From Cenococcum geophilum (taxonomy: Eukaryota): a stretch of DNA of 64,000 nucleotides. The notes beneath the pieces were generated by a model. That model had not been told where the DNA came from and did no database searches. It saw nothing but the letters and a program-made list of their open reading frames with translations. Below, in pieces: positions 13,901-27,700 of the stretch (positions within the stretch are counted from its first letter, which is position 1; the number at the start of each line of letters is the position of its first letter). A program made the position numbers and the translations under genes. Location: the NCBI GenBank assembly GCA_050273025.1, contig CP158635.1, positions 29,078,001 through 29,142,000 on the forward strand. The letters are read 5' to 3'.

Positions 13901-16792
13901 GGACTAGCTTGCCGTTAAGATATATAACATTAATAATAATACAGAAGTTGAAGTTATAGTTATCTTTAAGGGTAAACTTAAATCGGCTAGGGGACTTCTG
14001 GTTTATTTAGCAGTAATAGCAGTACTTTATAAGATGCTTAATTGCCTTAACCTTAACTTTATAACCTGCTCGTTAAAAAACCCTAAGTAGTTAGTAAATA
14101 GATAGGTAGCTAAAACGATAGTATAGTTAATGTAGCTCTAACTTAGTTAAGTAACTTTAAGCAATACTCCTTTCTGGTTATTAGAGGAGTAACTAAGGGT
14201 AACCCTACTTACGTATAATGGGCACCCAATTGTCTCCCTAAATAAGTATATTTTTAAGGTTATTAAGCTTAATGCCTAATTTATCTATATCTTGGATATA
14301 GAATAAAAATAGAGTATTTATGGGAATAATGTAGAAGGTAATATATCCTAATGGGGTTTAGACCTTAATTATGCTAAGAGAGATTATAGTACCCTTACCA
14401 AAGCGAATTATATATTAGCCTACCGTTAATTAGTCAATTTAAATAGAGCTATTAAGCTGCTAAAGAGCTTAAACTTAAGGTTCTCCTGCTATGGATACTT
14501 CTGTGGCTCTAGTATCTAGTATAATACTATAGAAGACGTTTGCCAAGTATCTATCGTTAAAGGAGAACGCGGAACTTTCCTTTAGCTCATTAAAGATATC
14601 TAACTTTATAACAGAATGGAACGTAGATTGGTTATTAAGGATAGCGACGGTTTATATGCCATTTACCTTACTATACTTAGTAAAGTATTAGTTAAAAGAG
14701 TAGTCCTTAATATCTATATCTATAAGGAGCTATTTAGCCTTATTAACCTTATCCTTAAGGTTTTCTATGCCTTTATATTAGACTAAAAAGCTTTAGAAGT
14801 AGGCCGTAGTAGCCTTATAATTTCTAACGTTTCTTACACTCTATCGGAACTTATTATATACCTCCTTTCACTCGTTAAGAGAGTGTCTATTTAACTAGTA
14901 ATTTAGCTTCTTATAAATATAGCACTTCTTTTAATAGTTGTTCTAAAATAAACCTCTATAAGGACCTCTACGATTACTTTATAGTTAACGTTAATTATAC
15001 CCTCTACTGTATTCCCTACTCCGGCCACTATATGTTTAATTAGTTTAATTATAATTATATTAGTCTAGAATCCCGGTTTAAATAGGGTTTTTAGTATAGA
15101 ATTATTGGGGTTCTTATATTTATATTATAGTGCCTATAGCGGAGCGTAGTTTAGTATATACTTCTTTAAATATATTTATAGGTTTATATAGCGCTAAGTT
15201 GCACTTAAGAATGTTATAGTATACTAAGATAACCTAGTCCCTTAGACTGTTCTTATTTTAGTAGGTTTTAGTAAAACTATATTAGATTTTCTAGAGTTTA
15301 TTAAAAAGTAGTTAAAGACACTCTAAGTAAGTTATTGTTGGGTTAAAAGCGATAACTTTTTAAAATATAGTCTCCCGCTATTTGGACATATAGAGTTGGC
15401 GATTTTTATTAGTTTTAAAGTAGGCTCTAATAAGCTGAAGTATTATATTAAAGCTATAGTTTTTACCTATAATATAGTTATAATAAAACATTACCGCCTG
15501 TCCCTTTAATATAATAGAGAAAGTATAATAGAACTAGTGGCGTTAAATTCCAACCTTATTACAGCAGTTATAAAAGACCTATAGTTTTGCTCTAAGCATA
15601 TTATATAATTCTCCTCTAAACTTCTTCTCTTTGTCTAAATATACCTTTATTAGATTTATAACTTCTTAAGATAAAGGCTTATTAGTTGGCTAAAATAGAG
15701 GAGTTAGAGGTAATAGAGGTAGAGAAAAAGTACCTCTAGGTAGGAGAGCACCTTTAGGTAGGAGAGTAGTATTTTAGGGGTTTTGTTTTAAATTAAAGTT
15801 GCCTTTTAAAGAATATAGGTTAGTTTTAGGTTTCTGTAGTTAACGTATAATCTAAGCTTCTATCTATACTGGTTCTTCTATACTAGTAAAAATAGCGTAA
15901 ATATTACTAGTAATTAGGTTACCGTCCTTAACAATATATACCTTATTCCTTTAGAGGGAGTCTTAAAAATCCTAAATAATATTAATATTGCTAAGTGCCT
16001 AGGTATCGGCGGTCCATCCTATAAAATCCTCCCTAAAGTATTCCCATAACTGTAAATTAGCGTAGTAGCTATTTTGGTAGAATAGAATATAGTGTAAAAG
16101 AAAGCCGTTAACTTATTTTATAGTATAGGTTATTATATTAAAGGTAAATACATCCTAATCTTTATTAATAAGTTTCGCGTATATAGCTACCCCTAATAGT
16201 AAAGAGTCTTTTTAGTTATTTGGAGTGGCCATAATTATATCTTTAGAGGAAGGGAATATTAGTAGTATAGGGATTATTATTTAGTACGCGTTTATAACGT
16301 ATATTTACAATTATAGGGCTTAGGACTAGTTCTAGCCTTAAATCGCGAAGACTTGTAAAGCGTATTATTCTGTATAATAAACGTAAGAATTTATAATCTG
16401 GGGAAGGCTTAGGACTAGTTCTAGCCTTTAGATCCTTAAATTTATAAAAGAGTTCTATTTAAGGTTTAGGACCAGTTCTAACCTTAAAAGACAGCTTCCC
16501 TTAGCACAAGTAGCACTAGTATAGTAGCTCGTCTCTTCTTGGTGAATACCTAGCTATTCTATAGCATAACTATAAAATTAACCACTAATTAGTGTTGGAC
16601 TTATAAGGGGATATTACGTAGCTACAGTTCGTAGATAGTATAATGTTTATTAATTATATATTTTCTTCTATTAGGAAGGGCGAAGAGCTTAAGGCTCCTT
16701 GCTACGCTAGCGCCGCGGCGACACGTAACGGCAACTTGCCCTACGTGACGGCAATTTGCCTTATATGGCGGCAATTTGCCCTATTCCCAACA
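10911..16792 (-). mobile_element. Full-length RIP-inactivated Ty1/Copia LTR retrotransposon
   Basis: 200-bp LTRs at 10911-11110 and 16593-16792 (TGTTGG...AACA), TSD GTAAG (10906-10910, 16793-16797). Minus-strand order is protease (~FHGIMPDTGATEVSTAG, ~14500), integrase (~13500-14100), RT/RNaseH (~11350-12900), i.e. Copia order. Confidence 0.92.
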
Positions 16793-17104
16793 GTAAGAAA
16801 TAGAACGAAAGGTGCGTAGCAAGATAAGATATAAGATTTACGCTGCTAACTAAGTGAATAAAATTGTAAGATATAAATAGTAAGGTATATAAAAACAAGT
16901 ATAATCCGTAGTAGAAGCCTTAGAATATTAGTTATTATATACATTATATAGGAAGCTAAAGAGTTATAGATAGGATAATAGATGTCCTAATAGGTATACT
17001 TAAGCAACTAGACTAGATATATAATAATAAGAGAGCTAATAATTCTATTCTTTATATTATAACTAGTTAGTAAAGCAGCTTTAAAAAGGTAAGGGAATAA
17101 GTTT

Positions 17105-17425
17105 AGGACAATCTAAGACATTAAAAAATGTCTAAAATTGTACGAAAAAGTGAAATATAATATGGCATTTTATTCTATAAGCGTAAGGTAAGGTAAAATA
17201 TATAGTAGAGAGAGGTAGGGGGATAATCTAAGACATTATAAAAGGTCCGGGATTATATAAAAAAAAAGTGAAATATAATATAGTATTTTATCCCATAAGT
17301 ATAAGATAAGGTAAAGCGTATAGTAGAGAGAGGTGGGGATAATTTAAGATATTATAAAAAGTCTAAGATTGTACAAAATAAAGTGAAATATAATATAGTA
17401 TTTTATCCCATAAGCGCAAGATAAG
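17105..17425. repeat. Tandem repeat, ~115-bp unit, ~2.7 copies
   Basis: Recurring AATCTAAGACATT...AAAGTGAAATATAATAT...GTAGAGAGAGGT blocks at ~17110, ~17225 and ~17340. Confidence 0.8.
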
Positions 17426-18715
17426 GCTTTAGGATACCCTTTTACCTAAAGTATAACCTATTTTTAAGCTATATTACTAATAAAGCAACTTTTTTTTGGA
17501 TAAGCTGTTATATCTACTATATAGGCAACCCAAAACTAGTATCCTAGATCCTACTTATAGCTACTACGCTTTATATTAAAGATATTCGCTAGACTTATTT
17601 ATATATAGGTCCTATAGTCTAAATTATATATTAAGTCATCTATAATATAGCTATTGTTACTCTAACCCTATAATACCGTACTCTTATTTACGCGCCTTTT
17701 TCTTCTATTTCCTGCCATTATTTGCTTAATCTTTTAAACTTCTATAGCTGCCTAAACTAACACTATAGCCTTTTTGTCTTTAAAAATATAGCTATGTTAA
17801 GCTTGCCTTAGCCTTAATTTCTCTAAACGCATACTGCTTAGAAATGTATCCTACCTTATATAACTACTATAAGCTCTACCTATAATATAGCGTTTAGTGC
17901 CCTAGCGCGGAATAGGCTTTCTTAAAAGCCGTATTATAATTCCTTCTAGAGACTAGACACCTAAAGCCTCTTTAGCTGTTATAAATAAGGGAGATACTAA
18001 TACGTAGATTGACGGTGGTATACCAGGTGGAGATGGCCCTAATTTTCGCAAGCTAGGGTAGGATGTTAAGGTCAAGCTAGCCGATCTATAGGCTAACCTA
18101 AATAACCCATTCTTTTCTGGCAAATCATTCGAAGAGCTTTAACTGTATTTTAGCTCTCCGCACCCTAGTAGTATATAGGCTCGTGCTAATATATCTGTTT
18201 AATAGGAAACCGGAGATATTAAAAGGAATTCTAAAAATAAACTTTTGAAAGCCGTTAAAGATAAGTAGTTAGCTTACGAGATACAGGCTTTCTATTTGGT
18301 TACTTTGCGGGCTTTAAATTATCTATATTATTACTAATACCCGTTATCTAGCCTAGCCCTTTAGCGTTACCCTAATAATAAATATAAGACTTCCGGGCGG
18401 CAGCTTAAGTTAAATATTAGTTAAAACTCTATATACCTAAGACCAAATATTATATGCTAACTCATTTAGTTATCTTAACTCGACTAGCACTACCCTTAAT
18501 CTTCCCTTTTTTTCTTACTATGGCTTATATAGAAATAACGGAATTTATAGGTCCGGATAGCTAATATTGTCGGGCTCTATAATATCGGTAGTAAATAATA
18601 TCTTCGCCGTAGCTATGGTCCTATAGCTATTGCCTAAGAATACTATATATTGTTATTTAGACGGATAAAGGTTTTTTAGGTACTATTAAGTCTTTAATTT
18701 ATAGTGTCCAGTTCT

Positions 18716-19083
18716 ACTACTTTAGACTCTTTAAGTCCTTAAACTTAGTATTAAGCTTAGTGTTAAGCTAGTCACACTTACGCTTTAGCGTATAGTTTGG
18801 CTGCCTTAGACTCTTTTAAGTCCTTAAACTTAGTATTAAGCTAGTTATACTTGCGCTTTAGCGTCCATTCCGGCTGCCTTAGACTCTTTTAAGTCCTTAA
18901 ACTCGGTGTTAAGCTAGTTATACTTATACTTTAGCATCTAGTTCGGCTGCCTTAGACTCTTTTAAGTCCTTAAACTCGGTATTAAGCTAGTTATACTTCC
19001 GCTTTAGCGTCCATTTTAGCTACCTTAGACTCTTTTAAGTCCTTAAACTCGGTATTAGGCTAGTTATACTTATGCTTTAGCAT
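18716..19083. repeat. Tandem repeat, 73-bp unit, ~5 copies, upstream of the Plavaka transposase
   Basis: CTGCCTTAGACTCTTTTAAGTCCTTAAACT... recurs at 18801, 18874 and 18947 (period 73, not a multiple of 3). Confidence 0.9.
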
Positions 19084-19240
19084 AACTAGTTCTAGTAAGA
19101 AAATGAGAGATATACTTTTAGCAGCTATAAAGCCAAGCCACTTATATAGATTAAATACCGGCAATTAACCGTTAGTACTATAATATACACTCTTTACGCC
19201 TAGAAATAATACCATATTGTTTAATATATAATTAGCGACA

Positions 19241-22200
19241 ATGCAGCGGAGCTGTCTATAGTATTCTTATACCCCTAAGAGTTACGGCGGCCTTTACTAA
19301 CACCTATAGTGCTGTAAAAGGCGGCTGCCTAGCCACTAATACGTCTATAAAAAAGCACGCGAAGAGAGATATAATACTCGCACATTTATTGCGGCCCGAC
19401 TGCTTATAATTCGCGATTAATTCTACTACTCTTACTAGTTAGATAACGCGCAATCGCAACTAGATGGTATAAATACGGATACTAACAAATATGCTCTGGT
19501 GGTGGTAGAATATAAGCAGAATACCTATTTGGTGCCTTTATGCGGTATACTATATTAGAAAAGCGTTATATTGTTATTATTATTACTTAGAGTAGAGATA
19601 TTTAAAGTAACTAAGAATATAAAGGCGGGTAAACTAATTTTATATAAGACCGATAATAATATATAGTAAGTTAGCTAGACAATTTTAGATATTACTATAT
19701 TATAACACGATAATAGCTAAAGTATACTATATAATCCTTTTTATTTAGAGTTTAATTATGCCTTTTTAATATAGCTGTACCGCATTTGCTATATAAAGGG
19801 AGACGTTAACGTACTGCTTAAAGACACCCACCTTAGCCCACTTTATAGCCTACTTAGTTTCTAATCTATAAATTAATAGGAAGAACTGATTACCGCTATT
19901 TTATTTAGTATATAAGATAAATAATAGCTCCAATTAGAATATAAGGTGGAATTAAATATTAAAGGCTTTAAGTAGAGGGAATACTATATTCTTTACTAGG
20001 ATATTATAAATATAATTACCTTTCTAATTAGCTATTAACCCTTTAAAGATGCACTAGTATATGAACTAAAGAGACTCTATAATGCTGAAAATCACTAAGT
20101 CTATAACGAGCTATACAGCGGTAATTAGTAATAGGAGATATAAGGTAAGCTTCCTAGCGGTGCTATAGTAGTTCCTATACTTATAGCAGTCGATAAAACC
20201 TAGCTAATAATGTACTATAGTAATAAATCGGCCTGGCCGGTATATCTTACCATTAGTAATCTTAACTAACAAGTTCGGCGCTAATAGATATCCCCCACAA
20301 ATATCCTTATCGGCTTTATACCAGTTATTAAAGAAAAAGATAACGATATAAAAAGTAAAGTATATTATAAGGTAATAAGAACTATACTTAAACGTAAGTC
20401 CTGCTTTAGTATTCTAATGCTATATTCTATTAACTAAAATATAATAGCAATTAAGTATCTTATAGAAAGCGGCGTAGACCTTTAATATACAGATAATTTT
20501 GTGTAACGATGTTATCTAATTATATATGGAATAATGGCAGACTATAAAGAACAAGTGCTGCTTATAGGTGTTAAAAGCCGACAGCACTGCACTATATATT
20601 AGGTCCCCCCTCTAAAGCGTAAGAACTTAACTAAAAAACAATACCCGCCACACACCTATAAGGAGACGAGAAGATAGATTAAACGCCAAAAACTAGAGAA
20701 TATTCTTCCATCCTTAGACAACTGGGTATACCTAGTAGAATATTTTGCGTAGCACTATCGCCTATTTAACATCCATAAGGGCATAATAGTAGATATTCTA
20801 CATTAGCTTCTAAAGGGTATTGTTATACAACTTATTAAATGGGTACGGAAACTAGTAGGCAATATCGTCTAGCTAAAAAGAAAGAGAAGAGGGACGAAAA
20901 CAACTATAACAAATATATCTATAAAGGCTTAGCTTAATTAGTGTTTTAAATAAGTCCTAGCTTTTACAGGGCTAAAACGGTTTAATAACCTATTATTTAG
21001 TAAAGTTACTTAATAGACAGGTAATAAACAAAAAGCCATAATTCGTTAACTTGTCGCTGTGCTAGCCCTACTGCTATCGTCTAGGGAACTATATACTATG
21101 CATTTTATAAGAACCGTATATAACTTCGTTATTATAGCTTAGTATCGCACCTATAATAAGGAGACACTACGATATATACACCACGCCCTATATCGAATTA
21201 ATATGCTTAAAGGCGTGTTTTAAAGTTTCCGTCTAAAGGCAAAGGATTTTAATACAGGCTATTTTAATATACTAAAATTCCATGCCCTTATATATTTTAA
21301 GGAAAATATCCGCCTATACAGATGTGTAGATAGGTACTACACTAGCGTAAATGGCAAAGCTGGACACCATTATATTATTAAGGCGTTTTATAACTTAACA
21401 AATAAACGGGATTCGCTATCTTAAATCTGCTCTTACAATTTAAGACGGGTAGTAGTACTAGCAATAGAAGACGAAATAGCTTTCACGAATAGTGATTCTA
21501 TATTATAGTCTTCCCAGCGTTTAGAGGTGTAGGTTACTTAACTAATATAGCATTTAGTAGTTGCAAAGCTTCGGTAGCCTTTAGAAGACATAAATAGGGC
21601 AATAGATCTTATTTAGAGGCGTTTTAGGTTAAAGATGTGGCTTTATATATTGTATATAGCAAACTGTTACGAAATCCCAGGGTTTCTAGACGGTATTGCG
21701 GTATTTATCCAAGAGTGTAGGCGAAAACTATAAGGTAAACGTACCTAGAACTCCAATATAGACCGAAAAGAGAAGGACCCCTTATAGGTTAAGCGCCTGC
21801 TTATTAAAATATATCTATTTATTCGCTATTAGAAATGAGATAGAAAAAATATAACCAACCTTAAGGGCCAAATTAGTAAGGTAGTACGTTATATACTAAA
21901 TTGGCAATGTTTTAACTAGTGGAGGCGTGATTATATATAGGTCTAGGAGTATATAGATAACGGCAACCGTATTAGAAAGGGCCGCATGCTATTAGGTAGA
22001 AGACTTATAGGCTAGCTTTAGCTAATTGTTACTGTTTTAGATATTAAAAGGTTAGATAAGTATAATATATACGTGTAGTATACTAGAGCTATAGTAGAGC
22101 TGCTTTAGCTATTAAATTATAGACTGCCGTATCTAATATACGGCATAGTTAAGGTAAAAAGGTGGCTATACTTAAGCGTAAATACCAGGTAAGTACTTGG

Positions 22201-22390
22201 AGGTGGTCGCTTTTATTTAATACCATCTATTTTATAAAGCGCGCATATTATTCTAGCCGCTACTTCTTATCTAGATTTATACTACGTTAATACTAATATA
22301 ATACTCTATACTCGGATAACTTTCTTAAAGAAGGAACTTATAATACGTTATTATATAGAAGCTAGGACAAATAGTAAAAGTAGCTAAGCT
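19241..22390 (+). pseudogene. RIP-inactivated Plavaka-family (CACTA/Mirage-related) DNA transposase with N-terminal zinc-finger-like motif
   Basis: De-RIPed motifs: MQRSCPQCSYTPKSYGGLHQHLQ (19241); GATVVPILMAVDKTQLT..GDKSAWPVYLTIGNL (~20160-20265); RCYPIICGMMADYEEQVLLTGVKS..CTIC (~20505-20600); DILHQLLKG (~20792); FNIPKFHAL.HF.ENIRLYG (~21262). Intron-like GTAAGT...TAG at ~20394-20447. Confidence 0.85.
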
Positions 22391-22424
22391 AGTATAGAAC
22401 CTATAATATATAATATAATAATAA

Positions 22425-22692
22425 ACCTATATAAAACTATATAGGACTATATAAGATTATATAAGATTATATAAGATTATATAGGACTATATAAAATTAT
22501 ATAAGATTATATAGGACTATATAAAATTATATAAGATTATATAGGACTATATAAAATTATATAAGATTATATAGGACTATATAAGATTATATAAGATTAT
22601 ATAAGATTATATAAGATTGTATAAGATTATATAAGATTATATAAGATTATATAAGATTATATAAGATTGTATAAGATTATATAAGATTATAT
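22425..22692. repeat. 10-bp tandem repeat (ATAAGATTAT)n with ATAGGACTAT variants
   Basis: About 25 directly visible copies downstream of the transposase. Confidence 0.95.
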
Positions 22693-22799
22693 ATAATATA
22701 TATTATAAGCTAGTATACTACAGGCTAAGAAAATAGTAAAAATTCATTTGCGTAATTGGTATATAACTTTAAAATAATATATTATATTACCTTAATTAC

Positions 22800-23062
22800 A
22801 TGTTAAGAAATGTGTAGTTAGCTTTTAAGGTTATTAAGTAGGTTAACTGCGTGTTATTTAACTTTTAAATATATTAAGTTGGTTAATTACGTATTAAGTT
22901 AGTTAAGTTAAATATTAAGTTGGTTAATTACGTGTTAAGTTAGTTAAGTTAAATATTAAGTTAGTTAATTGCGTGTTAAGTTAGTTAAGTTATATATTAA
23001 GTTGGTTAATTATGTGTTAAGTTAGTTAAGTTACATGTTAAGTTGGTCAATTGCATGTCAAT
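22800..23062. repeat. Subterminal repeat array (GTTAAGTT(A/G)GTTAA-type units) at the right end of the Plavaka element
   Basis: Repeated ~18-22-bp motifs just before the junction with Copia sequence at ~23128. Confidence 0.75.
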
Positions 23063-23124
23063 TACGCGAAACGCGCTAAATAAAGTCTACTTGAATCTCA
23101 TCCTGCGAATATCTTCCCAATGTA

Positions 23125-23778
23125 GTAGACGCTATAACTAAGGCAAAGCCGTACCAAGCTCTAAAAACCCTAATTAACACGAATAAGCTTAACCTAAAGG
23201 TTATAGAATGGGTGGAACGAGACTAACGGAGCACCTACGGTCCATTTACGGCCTATCGGAAGGCCGTACGGTTTATTTACGGCCCGTCGGAAGGCCGTAT
23301 GGTACATTTACGGCCCGTTAAAAGGCCGTACAGCTTATTTTGCGGACCGTAAGCAGGACTTACGGCCGACTTAGAGCACCGTTTGGAAGGCAGGCCAGAG
23401 GGCACCTTAAGAGGGATTTCCTATGTATTTTCTTACGTGTCCTACAGTTCTATTAAGGCAATTACGGAGGCTATACATAAGTGGTTTCATTTTTTAAGTA
23501 CCGCCAGTATATAATTACAGCACCTGCTATACTAACCGCGTGCTTACGCGTTCGGTACATTAACCACGCGTTTACGCGTTCGGTGCACTAACCACCCGCT
23601 TACGCGTCTGGTGCACTCCTAGAGCACTAACTAATTAAGGGGGAGGCGCATTAGTATATAGACTACGTAGTCTGCTTTATATAATCGACAGTCACCATCA
23701 TCCAAAAGAGCATACGATATTATACGTATTTCGTGCCCCTGGATCTGACTCACTCGTGCCATTAAATTGGTACGAACA
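23125..23778 (+). mobile_element. 3' remnant of a second Copia element (RNaseH C-terminus, 3' UTR, 3' LTR)
   Basis: De-RIPed ~ADAMTKAKP.QALKTLIDTNKLDLKV.EWVERD* (23125-23226), similar to the 3' end of the 10911-16792 element. 31-bp and 28-bp internal tandem repeats. LTR-like end ...GGTACGAACA at 23778, where Gypsy gag sequence resumes. LTR start (~23508) is uncertain. Confidence 0.7.
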
Positions 23779-24783
23779 ATATTTAATTACCAAAGTCCTT
23801 TATACTAGGGTTTAAAGCTTTTTTTTTACTATAGTAGTTACCTCTAGGTCTCTAAATATCTACATTAAGCGTTCTGCGAACCCGTTTTAACTTAAGAATA
23901 TATATTATATCTTTTGGTTAGTAGTCGTTATACTATACTCCTATACCTCTATAAGGTAAGGCTTAAACTACTTAAGTACTCTTCCTATTAAGAATAATTC
24001 TATATAAGCGACTTAATCTATAGGCGTTCCTAGTTTAACTCCTTCCTATATAACCTTAAAGTGCATTTATATAAGGAATCCTTTAAGCTTTAACTTCTCC
24101 CCTAAAAATCGTTTAATTAAGGGTAACTTAACCTTAACTACTCTAATCCCGTTAATCGTTTCTTTAAGTATCCTATTATTATCTATTAATTAATTAACTA
24201 TTTCTTATAGCTGTTTAACAGTAACTAGTTATAAGTTAGTATCTATTATACTAGTGTTATTACCTAATCCTAAGGTAGTCGCCGCTGTGGACGCCGTTAT
24301 AGCTACTGCTTTTAGTGGCATATTATTTAACTTTATTAATACTATAACCTTAGTAGTAAATGTGTAATAAAACCTTGTAGTAAAAACTATAGTAAACTTA
24401 TTAATAGGCTAAGTATATAGGTAAATAAGAAGTTAATAACATAATAATAACTAATAAAGTGGTTACCTAATAAATTAACTCTAATTATATTCTAAAATTC
24501 ACTATAAAGAGAAGGGAAACTATCTATAGAGACCGTGCGTCTTTAAATATATAACTCCTCCCTATAGTAAAGGTTAAGTATATTAGTACGTTAGTATGTT
24601 AATACGTCGTGTTCCTATATTCCTATGTTCCTACGTTTTAAACTTATAACGTAACTAACTATATAACTTAGCTACCCCTTATCTTATAGCTTAATCGGTT
24701 TTAGTGCCTCCCATACTATCTTAACTAACCCGTTTATATCTGTCCTTAGTAGTTATACTACTGCTAATATAAGGTCCGTAACA
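23779..24783 (-). mobile_element. Gypsy family-X fragment: 5' LTR (24363-24783) plus gag N-terminus
   Basis: Minus strand starts TGTTACGGAC. The gag start ATGCCACTAAAAGCAG and ...AAGCTTAAAGGATTCC are homologous to 60376-60625. Confidence 0.8.
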
Positions 24784-27700
24784 ATACCTCTAGTAACGTA
24801 GTTAAATAAGTCGGCTTCTATAACACTTATTTAGTTTAGATTAAAGTATTAGAGTATAGGCGCAGTAGTAAATATAACCTTTAGATAGGTAAAGGCCTTC
24901 TTATATTCCTTATTAAAGATAAAGACTTTATCCTTTTAGGTTAGAGCTATAAGGGGTAAAACTAGGGCGAAGAGGTTATTAATAAACCGTTAGTAGAAAT
25001 TAGTAAATCCTATAAAGGCTCTTATATCCTTAACGTTCTTAGGTTCTTACCAGTTTATAATTACTTTAACTTTCTTTAGGTCTATTTATATACTATTTAT
25101 AAAAATAAGGAGTTTAAGGTATAGAACTTCCGTTTTATAAAACTTATATTTATCTATATCTAATTATAGACTAGCTTCGTATAGGGCTTATAGAATAAGG
25201 TTAACGTATTTCCAATATTTGGTCAGGTTATTACTATATATTAAGATATTATTAATATAAGCAATATAGAAGATATCTGTTACAGCTTATATAAATGCCT
25301 CTAAACCAAAGCTTGTAGAATACTGTATTACGAAGATACTAAGCTAAAGAGAAGGAAAAGGGGTCGCTAGGACTAATATAAACAAATATATAGGGTAAGC
25401 CGCCAAGGCGCTAGCTTTAGGCGGGCTAATTATAGGTTAGTAGAATATGGTAAAATTTAGCAGGTAACGTATAATAGCGCCGTTATATTACCCCCCTCTT
25501 TAAAAGAAAGCCTGCCCTTAAGCTTAGTTAAAAATAGGGTAGTACTAAGCTTATAAATATAGGATTATAAAATAAGATAAGGAGATAAAGGGGATATAAG
25601 TACGTCCAGACTAAGTATAAAGGGCAATTATAGGCTAAGTGAAAGCACTAGGCTAGAAATAGTAGCCGCTAAAAGTCTTAGCACGGATCTAACTAATTAG
25701 ACAACTTTAACCGGCGGTTAAAGTTCCTAGATATCTGAAATTTTACAGTACTAGTAGAAAAACGGTAAAATATAGCAGAATTTGGCAGATAGCCGCATTA
25801 GGGCTTTAGGGCGTTTTTATCCCTATATTCTTCCGGTAACTTATTATCCTTATTATACTAGCATTATATCTATTTATCTAGGTACCTTAGGGGTCTAGGC
25901 ACGTTAGGGTATTAGTTATAAAACTCTTTAAGCTTTTAGGGGCAGCCTATAAAGTTCTATATAGGGTACTAGATTAGGTTAAGATTATAGCCCTTTTATT
26001 AAATATAGTATTTTAGCATTCCCCGTACTATCTTATAGGCTAGTATTTTATTAACCTCCTATTTATTATTACCATTTACTTAAACTAGTAGGAGAGGCTT
26101 GTTCTTTTGTCTAGGCAATAGGTTATTTATAGCTTTTTATAACTTATCTAGTAAGAAAATAGGGTAAACCCTAATTAAATCTGGGAGCTTTATCTTATAT
26201 AAGTTACCTATCTTCTTAAAAACCTTATATAGTTCTACTATCTAATAGTCTAGCTTACGGCTAGGTTATTCAGTCTTCTAATTCCTTATTATAACCTAGA
26301 CTATATTACTAGGGGCAAAGTCGGGCTCTTAATAGTATTTATTTACCTACTATTCTATTAACCTTTAAGCTTTTTCTAGGTTCTTATAGGCTACCATCTA
26401 GGCTTCCTCTAATTATTTAGCGTACTATTAGGCCTTAGTATAGGATAGCTTCTCTTATATAGTCTAGGGTTCTTTTAGCCTTTTCTAGTTAAAGCTTATA
26501 TGGGGTAAGTATCCTATTTCTAGCTAAATTAAGGCAAACCCTATAGAGTTATGGGGTAGGGTTGCTTATGCGTAGTTTATTAAGGGTAGTAGTTTAGACT
26601 AGTTAATCTAGAAATAGTTAATAAAGGGCCTAAACCTCTAGTCTAGGTACTAATTTATAATCTCCGTTTAACCGTCTATCTAGGGGTAATAAGCTATAGA
26701 AAGCTTTAGCTTAATACTTAGAATCTAGGTAAACTTATTCTAGAAGGCCGATATAAACTATAGCCTAAAATTAAATATAATAGTATTTAATAGTCCGTAG
26801 ATTTAGTAGATATAATAAATATATAGCTAGGCTGCCTCTTTAGCATTAATATTCTTATAACAAGAAATTAAGAACGGGCGTTTACTAAAGCGGTTAACTA
26901 TAACTATAACTATATTATATCTGTTACAGTCCCTAAGTAGTTTATAAAAGTCTATAAAAATATACTACTAAAGGCGCTCTAGTATTGGGAGTGGCTTAAG
27001 TAGTCCTAGGGTCTTATCCTGTGGGATTATAGCTCTCTAGTAGTCTTTATAGTTCTATATATATTAATTAATATCTATAACTATTCTTGGCCAGTAGTAG
27101 CGGTAGTTAATAATCTTATAGGTCTTATTCTTGCTAGGGTATACTATAGAGACTTAGCAATAAGCTTTACGGATTAGTTTAGTCTATAAATTATTAATAT
27201 TAGGGACTATAAGCCGCTCCTAGTATAGGAGTAATCCTTCCTCCGTCTTAAAATTAGGGTCTCCTTTTATAGCTTATTCGCGGAGGGCCCTTAAGGCGTT
27301 AGCCATATGGTTTACAGTTAAGAGGTAGTTAATTAGCCCTATTAGCTTATCTAAGGACTCCTCTATTAGTGTTAGCTCGTTTTACTAGAAGTCTAGCTCC
27401 TTAAAAATCCGTAGGTTAAGCTGTTCTAAATAAAAAAGGGCGCACGTCTAATATTAAGTCTTTAGCTTATTCTAAGGTCTTATATCTTATTCTCTTTAGG
27501 TTAGAGTATTAGTCTTAAAGTTTTACTTATTAAAACGATATATAATTATAAAGAAGAATTAGAAGAGTATTTTAGCCTACTAGGCTTATTATCTAGTAAG
27601 CTACTTTATAGTTATAAAGTACTCTAGGGCCTTATAATCCGTATATATCTTAATCTAAAAGTTTATACCTTTAAGCTCTACATACTATTAAAAGAGTAAT

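Noticed and set aside
18716..19083. Possible CRISPR-like array (also 23237-23335 and 17105-17425)
   Set aside because: Head-to-tail tandem repeats without unique spacers, in a eukaryotic transposon context with no cas genes.
22425..23062. Possible telomeric or centromeric repeat
   Set aside because: No TTAGGG array; the repeats are internal to a transposon end. Centromere identity cannot be judged from sequence.
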